Of a DNA stretch of 64,000 nucleotides, positions 38,434 to 50,141 are shown piece by piece (within the stretch, counting starts at the first letter, position 1; every line of letters starts with the position of its first letter). The position numbers were made by a program, and so were the translations under genes. A model generated the notes under the pieces. It was not told where the DNA came from. It ran no database searches and worked only from the letters and a program-made list of their open reading frames with translations. The DNA is from Eledone cirrhosa (lineage: Eukaryota), in the NCBI GenBank assembly GCA_964016885.1, contig OZ024740.1:393142001-393206000 (forward strand), written 5' to 3'.

Positions 38434-40237
38434 TATACATCATCATTTTATTCCTTTTTTAATGCTGGTGTTGCTACAAACAAAAGAAAAGTGCAATCAA
38501 TGCATAATATGGAAGTTAAGTGTATTTATATTAGCAGTTTGACTTATTTTCTGCATTTGCTAAATTTCACCTTGCTGACTCATCTCTATACATAGCCTGC
38601 ATGGCTCTCACAAGCCATTCTTCATCTTACAACTAGTGTCAACGTAGATGATCTCTCATTGACTTCAGACAATAATTTTCATACAAGATAGTAAGATAGC
38701 TAGAGTAACAAGTGGATAGAAAGAAATGACTGCATTAACCCTTTAGCATTTAAACCAGCTGTATGCCACCATAATTCTCTCACCTCTTTCTGCTGAAACT
38801 GGCCATAACCGGCTGCTCATACTTATGTTAAGATATTGTTCTCAAAATAAATATTATCAAATATTATTGACATTATGTGAGATAATTATTTGAGATAAAA
38901 TGTTTACCATGAAAATACAATAGTAAATATAGAGTAATATAAATGGTAAAGGGTTAAGGTAGGAACTGCAGAATTGACTAATTTGGAAAAGATGAGTATT
39001 ATAGCATTGAAAGAAGACAGTGAGCAGTTGGATTTTGGCTGGCTGATTCAAGATTTTATATTTGAATTTTGAATGGATTGTAAGAGCAATAGTTTTAATT
39101 TATTTTCTGTATTATCTCTGTTCAACTAGCTGTCAGATATAGGAACAAGATCATCTAGGAATGTTACCTACATATGAATGATACCCTATGATGAAAGTGG
39201 ATGGGAGAAGGGGAGGGGGGATTTATCTTGCATCTACTTCAGCACCAGCCTTAAATCTTATTGTGGGTCTATGGAGATATCTCTATTAACTTATATAAGT
39301 GTATTTTCAGTAGGGTTACGTAAACTTAATGTAGCTAATTTATTATATTAAAAGACATGCTGCTACCAAGTCATCAAGCCATGTCTGCTACCAAATCATC
39401 AAGCCATGTCTGCTATTACTTTCTTTGTTACTATATTTGAAATATTTTAATTCTAATTAAATAATGAAGAATTTGGGAATGATTTATGAAAATTATATTG
39501 AGATGGTATTTGTAACATAACGGAATGTGCTTATATTATATAATGTTGGTAGGTTCTAATTTAAGTAGGAATCCATTAACACGGGTAGTTTTGTTTCATA
39601 GAAAGGGAGGCAGTTTATGTGGGTTGATATCAAAAGGGTCAATTAAATTAATAATTTTTAGTATTTAGCTATTGATATTTATGTTGCTCTAAATCATCAT
39701 TTTATCCTGCCTCCCACTACCACACTACATACACAAACATAATGAGAGAAAATTATAATGGTCTCTACATATAATAACTTTGCAAATTATAAATTCTGTT
39801 TGTATTGTTTTCAGACTGCATCAGCTAGAATTGTTTGGAAACAGCTACTATAGGCAGTAAACTGGTAGAAGTATCAGAACATTGGATGAAATGCCATTGC
39901 ATTCTAAGTTCAAACCTTGTTGAAGACAACTTCCAGGATTGATAAAGTACCAGTATAGGGCGATGAAGTTGTGGAATTGTTAGAGCATCAGATGGGATGC
40001 CTAATGGGATCTGTTCCAGCTATTTGTGTTCTGAGTTCAAATCCTATTACGGCTCATTTGGGTAGTATATTTAATCCATCACCTTATTTAACACCACTAA
40101 TTTCCTCTTGGGTGATTTTAGTGAAGTCTACTTTGTTGCAAGTATTCAAGCCAGATCTCTGGTTTGAGGATAATTTTCTCTCTCCAACTAGCTTTAGATA
40201 CCCTGAAAAACCTCCCCTTTCTTTATGATAAACTAAT

Positions 40238-40417
40238 AATTGTTTCTTCTTTTGGCACAAGGCCAGCAATTACCCAGTTCATTACTGGTACTTTATTTTA
40301 TCGACCCCGTAAGGATGAAAGACAAAGTTAACCTCGACGGGATTTGAACTCAGAATGGCAAGGGCCGTAACTCTATGCGTCAAAGCATGGTGTTCAACCC
40401 TCTACTAATACTGCCAA
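40238..40417 (-). mobile_element. SINE family B
   Basis: Reverse complement of the consensus. Confidence 0.85.
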
Positions 40418-41720
40418 TATATATATAAATGACTATTCTTATTGGTTGTAATTTGATTATCTCTTTCAAGAGCATATTAGCTAAACATACTAGTAACTGT
40501 ATATAAGATGCATATACATCATCTTTAAATATCATCATTTTAACGTCTGTTTTCCATGCTGGCATGGATTGATGGATTGGAGGAGTTGTCACAGACCAAG
40601 AGCAGATGTGTCAAAGAACCACACCTTGCACATACATTCCATTTTTGGCATCGATTTTATGACTGGATGCCCTTCCTAATATCAACCTTTTACAGAGAGT
40701 ACTGAGTGAATTTTATTGTAACACTAACACTAGCAAGATTTTTTATGGATCTTGTGTGACCAATGGGGTGTATATGTATATATGTGTGTGTGTTCCAGAT
40801 TCAATCAGGGGTAACCACAGTAAGTAATGCACTCAATACACAATAGAGTATTGAATGAAACAGTTCTAGTCCTCTAGAAGCCATTTCTATTTTGTATATA
40901 TATATATATATATGGATGGATGTATGGATATATTGGATATAGCACACCTATCATAGTCTATGAAAAATAAAAGTAAAGAATAGCTTTGGTCTAACTGGCA
41001 TACCTGCAATTAATAACATGAATACTGTAGATTTAATGGTGAGTTTTTAAGCAAACCAAGACTCCAATGCAAGTTCAATGATGAAAGGTAAAATTATTCT
41101 TGTTGGGATTTGAACTCAAATGTAAGTAGGTACAATTAAATACTGCAATGTATTTTTCTGAACTGTTTATGAATTTTGCTAATCCAGCATCATTTTGCTA
41201 AACTGACAGCAAGATAAGGTCTAACAAATATAAATAGTCATAAAAATCTGTTATTCTGTTCTTAACATTTCTCAATAATAGTTTAGCTTCGAAGGAATTG
41301 AAATGAAAAAGAGATAATATTATATATATATATAAAGACAGAAAGGAAGGATGGCAGGGAAACACTCACGTACAAATACATATATATGTATGTTTGTTTA
41401 TATATATATATATATAGGTAAGAAAAGTAAACAAAATATTTGGCACTAGGCCTATGTTTGTACACAAGATAGAAATTGAGTGCACAAAGAATAACAATAA
41501 TAATAAGGTTCCAAGCAGTTGAATTTATTCATTTTTCTTTCATTTGAAGTCAAACCTAAAGAGCAACTGAACAACAAAATACCCACAAAAACACCCCAAC
41601 AAATACACTAAATAAAAGAAAATATACTCAAGCATACACACACAAATATAAATATATTTATATACTTTACTTCTTTTAGATATCTTTTTACTAAAATATA
41701 TTTCTATGAATATATATACG

Positions 41721-41751
<31 letters not shown>

Positions 41752-41838
41752 CATATATATTATACCATAACCACCATCACCACAGAAATAACAACAACTA
41801 TAACTTTAATGCTATAAGAATTTTCCTTGTTAACCCAG

Positions 41839-41898
41839 TCATCAACCTGAACAAGTTCTGCAGTTACATGGGAGGAGTAACAGAAACACCCCCACAGG
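41839..41898 (+). other. Possible isolated 60-nt exon (phase 1 to 1), antisense to TMEM135
   Basis: ttttccttgttaacccag|TC ATC AAC ... CCA CAG G|gtgagt, open as INLNKFCSYMGGVTETPPQ. No homology recognised. Confidence 0.2.
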
Positions 41899-42324
41899 GT
41901 GAGTAAAGCGGTAATTACTTTTGCAGAAAGTTAGCCAAATTTTGCTGCTCCGTTTTTCGCTACTATGTTCTTAACCTCTCAATACTTCCACCACCTCTCT
42001 CTCATACACACACACACACACACACAAGCACACACACAGAGACACAAGCACATACACACAGTGGTGGTAACAGGTTGATAAATAATTTCCTGGAGAGAAG
42101 GGTAGCATACAAGCAGAGATGAAGAAATGAAATGGTGGAGTGGGAATCAGCTTGATTGAAAATTAATAAATGCAATAAACACATAACTATAAATAAGTAG
42201 AGAGTCAGTTTTCATTTGATAGAGTAAATCTAGATTTTGTTACATCCTTAAATTATTGATTCCTTTAGTAATCTATTCTTCATTTAGTTACTTAAATTCA
42301 AAAGACCACACAACAAATAAAACA

Positions 42325-42511
42325 TAATTGTTTCTACTTTTGGCACAAGGCCAGCAATTATCCCAGTGTATTACTGGTACTTTATTTTATAAACCCCGTA
42401 AGGATGAAAGGCAAAGTTAACCTTGGTGGGATTTGAACCTCAGACCATAAAGGGCCGTAACTCTTTGCTGCAAAGCATGGCGTCCGACCCTCTACCGATA
42501 CTGCCAATCCA
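42325..42511 (-). mobile_element. SINE family B
   Basis: Reverse complement of the consensus. Confidence 0.85.
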
Positions 42512-43127
42512 TAAAACATAATGATAATCAGTTTTGCACCCATTTTTCCATGCTGGCATGGGTTGGCCAAGCATTTTTGAAGCAGAATTCTACAGCGAAT
42601 GTCTTTTCTGATGCCAACTTTCATATTTGTTTTGTTTGTAATTAAAGTATGGATCTTCACTGCTAAACAGCAGGACCTTTATTTACACAGAATGTAAACA
42701 AATATCACTGCCAGCAATGTCAAGTGGAAGAGAAGGAACATACACATATATTTATATACACACTAACACAAACATATATATATAAATACATACAACACAT
42801 TACAATGAAGAATATTAGTTTAATGTTTGATATAGAAGGAAGGGAATGTTTATGTTTCAGACACTAGTCCTTCATCTGAAGATAGAATGAGAAATAAAAG
42901 ATGAAGAAATGAAATGGTGGAGTGGGAATCAGCTTGATTGAAAATTAATAAATGCAATAATCACATAACAATAAATAAGTAGAGGGTCAGTTTTAATTTG
43001 ATAGAGTAAATAGAAAGATAGACAGTGAGACAAGGAAGGAACAGAAAAAAACATTTCGAGAAAAAGCATGTGTGTATTCAAATTCAGTCAGCCATTTATC
43101 GCTCTCTCTCTCTTATATATATATATA

Positions 43128-43823
43128 CAAGGGCCTCGTTTGCCTTAAAAATGTGAGGGGGACAAACCAACATTTGTTGATTCTTAAAGGAGCATGTTAG
43201 TATTGCTTATATGGTGCCTTTCTCGGACCCTATCATATTAGAAAAATTTTACGCTAATTAAATTCTATATATAAGACAATGTCACTGGACCGAGACCTTT
43301 GGCGCTATGCAGTAATACAGAAGACCCACCTTGCCTAAGTACAAAGCGAAACCTACAGGCAGTAGGCACCTCTAAACCAAAAATACACCCCCATCCCACT
43401 ACCCCTACCTCCATCACCCCTTTCTGTACAGTTATGTTGGTACCACAACATCCAGTCCTAAATAAATGAGGTGTCACGACAAAAAAACACAGTCCACGCT
43501 GTAATGTGGCCGTGTAGGTAACATGGTAAAAACCTCCCAGTCCACACTGTAAACATGGTTGGTGTTAGGAAGGGCATCCAGCCGTAGAAAACCTGCTAGA
43601 CAGTCCTATATGAGCAAGACAACCAATCTTGCCTCAAGTGGGACAATTCCCGTCTAAACCCATGCTAGCGTTGAAGATAGATGTTAAACGATGATGATGA
43701 TATTCAAATGAAGTTCAGATATAAAAAAAATAAGCTTAAAAAGAATTTATTATATCAAATAAACAAAAAATAAAACATAGGCGTTTGAAAAAGTGGTCCC
43801 CTGGTACCCCCCCTGAAACAAGG

Positions 43824-43829
<6 letters not shown>
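43128..43829. mobile_element. Non-autonomous DNA transposon (hAT-like TIRs) carrying a nested RTE 3' fragment
   Basis: Left end CAAGGGCCTCGTTT; reverse complement of right end CGAGGGCCTTGTTT (12/14 match). Flanks are microsatellite, so no TSD can be read. Confidence 0.55.
43273..43702 (+). mobile_element. 5'-truncated copy of the RTE LINE at 50142-52750
   Basis: Begins KTMSLDRDLWRYAVIQKT (identical to the end of ORF 50529..50993), then the full 3'UTR and (GAT)n tail. Confidence 0.9.
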
Positions 43830-43899
<70 letters not shown>

Positions 43900-43962
43900 C
43901 ACACACACACACATAAAATGAATAAAAATAACCAGGATTAAATTACATTTAATTATTTAATT

Positions 43963-44030
43963 GACTTCCAAACGTTTCTATCAATACGGTAAGAAAATAC
44001 ATTTCTTCAGTATTGATTTCTTCAGAATCC
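43963..44030 (-). ncRNA. Hammerhead-like motif with long stem II
   Basis: CTGAAGA-a-ATCAATAC[22 nt]GTATTGAT-a-GAAA-CG-TT. 8-bp stem II and palindromic AAACGTTT; stem I is poor. Confidence 0.45.
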
Positions 44031-44599
44031 ATTAAACAATATATAATCATTTACCAACCACATGTCAGAACATCTCCATTCCAAAAATGCAAACACATTT
44101 AAAATATAGTTGGAAAAACGTTAAAACTTTATGGAAGACTAAACATGCAATTAAAATTTATTAGTAATAAAAATATAACGTGCAGTGACTAAAAATTCTC
44201 TGCTTGACTTTTACACTCTAATGCACGTATACTACACACTAAAATAATGTTACAACTAGAGCTTATATGTTTAATAATACTAATTAATTGAAGTAATAAC
44301 AATTATAAGAATAACATTAATAGAATATATTAAGAAAAACAATAAAAGAATTATGGAAGCGTAATTTGGTAATAAAAATATCAATAATTAGGAGAAGTTC
44401 TAGTTACTAAGAAAACTAATAATCTAAACCATATTAATAGAAGCAAAAGGATTATTTCTAGGATAAAATGTTATAAGTGGAAGGTAAGTTAAACAAATTC
44501 AAATATATATATTTCGTAATATTTATTGTGTCACTATTACTTAACTTCTTGCGTTCACTCTGAGGAGGAATTTATTAATTACTCTATCTTCAAAAAAAT

Positions 44600-44860
44600 T
44601 CAGCTCCAAAGTAACACAGAGGAGACTGAGGTTAGCTGGACATGCTCACCGACATTCAGAGTTGACAATGCACTCAGTGCTCCTGAAGGAGCACCTACAC
44701 AGACACACTAGAAGAGGGAGACCGAGGTTGACATACATTGATGCCCTAAGGACAGACACTGGTCTCTGTGAGGCACAGGGCATGGCGGCGATAATGAAGG
44801 ATAGAGACTGCCAGAGAGAACTCGTCCATGGATCTCGGGAATTTTACTCGCCCTAGATTG
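44600..44860 (+). mobile_element. RTE-like LINE 3' end (same family as 32378-32620)
   Basis: ORF 44662..44856 reads RRGRPRLTYIDALRTDTGL. Confidence 0.8.
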
Positions 44861-45249
44861 ATATATATGTATGAGCAAGGCATGGTCAGCCGACCAGACA
44901 CTGCCCACAACAGGACAATCCGTCTAACCCATGCTAGTGTGGAAGAACGGGCGTAAAATGGTGATGATGATGATGATGATGTATACATATATATGTATAT
45001 AGATTTCCACCTAACATTGTTAGAACTCAATATCATTCATTTTTCCATGCTTCCATGGTTAGCTGGGTTATCATGTCTTGAAAATGTTAGGTGACTACAT
45101 CTTGCTCATACGGATCTGTATTTTGGCTTGGTTTCTACAGCTGGATACCTTTCCTAACATCAACCATGTTACAGTGTGGACTGTGTGGTTTTTTTAATGT
45201 GGCAGCAAAACGACCACCTAACAGGGTGGACTGGGTGCGTTTCCATTAA

Positions 45250-46200
45250 CTTTGAGTGCTCTGCACCTTATTACACAGCTGTCATCTGCCATACTACCAC
45301 AAACTAACTTCTTTCCTGCACATTGTATTTGATCCTCTTATACCCAGTTTCTCTTTCAGTTCATTGACACTTTGATGTTCATGCACACTACCATCAAAGG
45401 ATGCAAGCTTCATTTCTTTCAAATCCGTGTAGGTCCCCTGCACACTGTGTCTTCCGTACTGTTGTGGGTTTCAAGTGGGATTTCTCTGAATTTATTACCT
45501 ACAGAGGGTTCTCTCAACTTCGATGCTTCCTTGTGAGAATGAAGTTTATTTGGATTGTATGTCCACATAGTTGGTAAGTGATCAGTTGGCTGACTGGTTT
45601 CCTGAAGTTTGTGTTGCACATAGTTAAGTTGAGTATGCTGCATAACTCCAGAAGCCTAGAGCCCTCTTCATCTCTTGTACTCTAACTCTAGATTTCATGC
45701 ATGCCAGGAAATCCAACATGGTATTTCCCAACATGTCCATTGAAGTTGCCAGCTTCGATAATGAGATCACTGTCATTTGTCATTGAGGTTGTTTGTAAGA
45801 GGACCTCATAAAAGTGTTCTTTCTGCTCATCTGCAAGTCTAGCTTGTGGAGCATATGCAGATAGTATAGTGGTGGTTGTATTGCCTAAGGCTAGTCAAAG
45901 TGTAATTATTTTATCATACAGTCTGACTACCTCAAATATATTGTCTACCCATATCACTGCTAGGAGTATATCTACTCCACCCACACTATTTTTGCTACCC
46001 ATCCAGAAGAATTTGTACTGATGTTCCTTGCCTGTGACGAATCTGGCTGAAGCAGGCCTTCACCTTCTTACACACAACATACAACTATTTGTCTCCTTTC
46101 TAACATCCACAAAATCTTTCCACACTCACCTTTCATTGTTTTGACATTTATAGAGGCAAATCTGAGGTTCCATGCTAGATGGGAAGGGGGCTGCATGAGT
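45250..46200 (-). mobile_element. RTE LINE APE endonuclease fragment
   Basis: Minus strand reads YKFFWMG...GGVDILL...ILSAYAPQARL...FYEVL...AGNFNGHVG. Confidence 0.85.
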
Positions 46201-46231
46201 GTTTGGTTCATTTCCTGGATTTGAGGGTGTA

Positions 46232-46821
<590 letters not shown>

Positions 46822-47126
46822 ATGGTCATTAAGATGGGTTTATTTCACCATAATTGTTTATTGCGTGATATATATTTCTGTTACATGGTTATTCATGTGA
46901 GTTCATTAGATGCTTACGGAATCAAAGGTGCAGTTATACAATCATTGTGATATGCCGGTGGCCAGACACATCTATCCAGTAGTGAATACTCCATCACTCA
47001 TTATCACCTACCTGGGATAAACTACTGACATGAAGTATTTTGGATCGCTAGGACCTGCTTATCCTCAAGATGTTACAATGTAACAACTAAGATAACAATA
47101 TTCTTCTGCAATATATATATATATAT

Positions 47127-47169
47127 TACGAGCTGAGGATCCGCTAAGGTGAAACAATTGTTCTCGGTA
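47127..47169 (+). ncRNA. Minimal hammerhead ribozyme motif (PLE type), GUU triplet
   Basis: CGAG-CTGAGGA-tCC[gctaa]GGt-GAAA-CAATTG-TT-CTCG. 4-bp stem I, palindromic stem III (AACAATTGTT), weak stem II. Confidence 0.65.
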
Positions 47170-47275
47170 TGGAGAACTAACTGTTGTGTAACCACTTCTA
47201 CCTAACTCGTCCCATGGACTGAGTGCTCTACCACTACGGATATTACCTTCCAGTGTTCTACCACTATATATATAT

Positions 47276-47446
47276 AGCAAAGTGGTCGTGCAGGTGCCAC
47301 GGCAAAAAAGCACCCAGCACTCACTGTAAATGAGGTTGGTATTAGGAAGGGCATCCAGCTGTAGAAATCAAGCCAGAATCAGTTCCCGTCCCACCCTTGC
47401 AAGCAGGGAAAAGCGGACGTAAAATGATGATGATGATGATGATGAT
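47276..47446 (+). mobile_element. 3' half of SINE family A
   Basis: Matches 12612-12828. Confidence 0.85.
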
Positions 47447-47779
47447 ATATATATACACGCTCATATATACATGCATAATGCATGTGTACATATATATATC
47501 AGTTGGCTAGTAGGAAGTTCAATAATGATTACATATATGTGACCTTGTTAGTGTTGGGAGTGGATGTTATAGTAAAGGGTGGGGAGGAAAACTAAAATAA
47601 ATGTTTATATATACATACACACATATATATACATACACACATACATACATACACACATATACATACACACATAAACATACATACACACATATATACATAT
47701 TCTCACACGTATGCATCAGTTGATTAGCTGGAATTTCAAAGTTTAATTTTTTCACATTCAAAGACTTTTTCATAGGTGT

Positions 47780-48040
47780 AAAGGCAACGTTGGCCCTGAT
47801 CTAGTGTTGCAATTAAGAATTCTTCAATCTTGGCTTTTAGTCCAGTGCTTTGTAGCATGTTTTACGAATTTTTCTTATCTAATTCATCACTATATTCAGC
47901 TTTTGCAGTGGTTTTTTTATTGACATTGTTTTAGCATGACATCCTGGAGATCTGTTTTCATCATTTCTGTTGTTTCTTTTTATTTTCTTAACTTTCTTCA
48001 TAATTATCTATCATGACAGCTTATTTTCGTTTTGTTCATG
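47780..48040 (-). mobile_element. Decayed R4/Dong-like LINE fragment
   Basis: Minus strand reads STGLKAKIEEFLIATLDQ, resembling the 'GLK.ETEGFIIAAQDQ' motif. Confidence 0.5.
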
Positions 48041-48656
48041 ATTCCTGGCTGCCTGGCAGTTTTAGTTGTGGGTCTTCAGGTGGCGAATTGGCAGAGTCAT
48101 TAGAACATTGGATAGAATACTTTATGGTATTCGTTCCAGCATCCGAGTTCAAATCCTGCAGAGGTCAACTTTGTTTGTCATGCTTTCGAAGTCAATAAAA
48201 AAAGTACCAGTCTAGTACTGGGTCGATACTCTATATCTCTTTCTCATTTCCTCTCTCTCACTTTCTATCCTGGAAGAAATCTGCTGTACTCAGGCCAGGA
48301 GAGGGATGGGCACCACCAGGTTTAAAATGCCCAAGAAATGCTGTATGTCAATATGGCGTCCCTACACCTATCAGGAGTTACGGGACCAAACATACATACA
48401 TATTCAGATTCTGCTATGGTCAATTTTGTCTTTCCACCTTTTGGGGGTGTCTTTAATAAAATACCTGCCAAATATATGGGTTGGTGTATTATAATCAACT
48501 ATTTAATATAATACAGTACTAGTAGAGTACTGGGGTCAATATATTTGGGCTAACCCCACTCCTAAATTTCTGGTGTTGTGTTTGTTTCAGAAAGTTATGT
48601 CCCTTTACAATCTAAGTTCAAATTAGTAGAAATTATTATTATTATTTTGACTATAA

Positions 48657-48848
48657 GGGTGGTGGATTGGCAGTATCGTTAGAGAGTTGGACGCCATGGT
48701 TTGCAGCATGGAGTTACGGGCCTTTACGATCTGAGTTCAAATCCCGCCGAGGTTAACTTTGCCTTTCATCCTTACGGGGTCGATAAAATAAAGTACCAGT
48801 AATGCACTGGGCTGATTGCTGGCCTTGTGCCAAAAGTAGAAACAATTA
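48657..48848 (+). mobile_element. SINE family B (near consensus)
   Basis: A box, B box GAGTTCAAATCCC, central CTTTCATCCTTACGGGGTCGATAAAATAAAGTACCAG. Confidence 0.9.
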
Positions 48849-49704
48849 TTTTGATTTTCTAATGGAAAGCAGAGCACTATTTATGTCTATAAAAGTTTTG
48901 CAGGTGTTCAATGGAAAGAAAGATTATAAACCAAAACAAACAAAAAACAGATAAATGAATATACAAATAAATATATATACATACTTTAAAATAATAACAT
49001 CAATGAAGGAATGAGATATATAGAATTATTAAATAGCTAAATAAAATAAAGAAAATAAAAAAGAGAAGAACAAAACAGAACCCAGTTAAATAAGACATCT
49101 TATCTGTTTTCAACTTGCAATCATGAAGAATCTGCATGCAATTCTAACAAAACAGCATATCAATTGGGATATTTACTAATTTTATCCTCTCTCTCTTTCA
49201 CGCATACATAACATTACATATGTGCACACATATAAGCATATGCACAATTAAATATTTACTTCTCTGTAAAGAAAAGATTTTAACAATTTTTCTTAAAGTT
49301 GTCTTTATATTGTGTGCATATTGTATGTGTGAGTATGTGTGTGTGTGTAGATATATGTATGCCCAAGATACCAGTGATACATTCGTGTATATATATAACT
49401 TATAGATTATCAAAGTGTTATGATGTGTTTAAAATTTCAAAGTGTGAGAGTCCCAAATGCAGAAAATATCTGTATTAATAGTCAAACACTAAAGATAATA
49501 GTTCAGAAATTGGGTGAAACCTGTCTACGTGAAACCATTTTGCTGGTTTGAGAGCTGATGAGGATGAAGATGTGTGTGTATAAACTTGTCTTGGGCATCG
49601 CCTTTCTTTATTTCCTCTTCTGGTCACTTCAGTGCACTAGCACACTTCCCTTTGTCCTTCCCCTCCTCTTTCAATCTTTTCTATATTTCATTTGCCTGTC
49701 ACAT

Positions 49705-49985
49705 ACTAGCCCGCACTGTAAATGTGGTTGGCGTTAGGAAGGACATCCAGCCATAGAAAACCAGCCCACACTGTAAAGTGGACGTGTGAAAGACATGGCA
49801 AAAAGCACCCAGCGCACACTGTCAATGTGGTTGGCGTTAGGAAGGGCATCCAGTCGTAGAAAACCAGCCAGAAACACTCTTATATGAGTGAGACATGGTC
49901 AGCAAACCCAACTTGCCTCTAATTGGGACAAACCCGTCTAACCCATGCTAGCATGGAAGATAGACATTAATTGACGATGATGATA
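49705..49985 (+). mobile_element. RTE-tail element, inverted relative to 50142-50330
   Basis: Shared tail core and (GAT)n end. Confidence 0.8.
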
Positions 49986-50141
49986 CCTTGTGGATTGTCT
50001 CTGTCCTCTGAGACATTTTTGTCCATCGCTACCTTTCACAGCATTTATCTGTTTTAATGACTGTTCTAGTGATGAGTTTTTTTCTCATTTTTGTATGTAT
50101 TCAAATACACTCTCGCTTCATCTTGATCAGAGTATATATAT

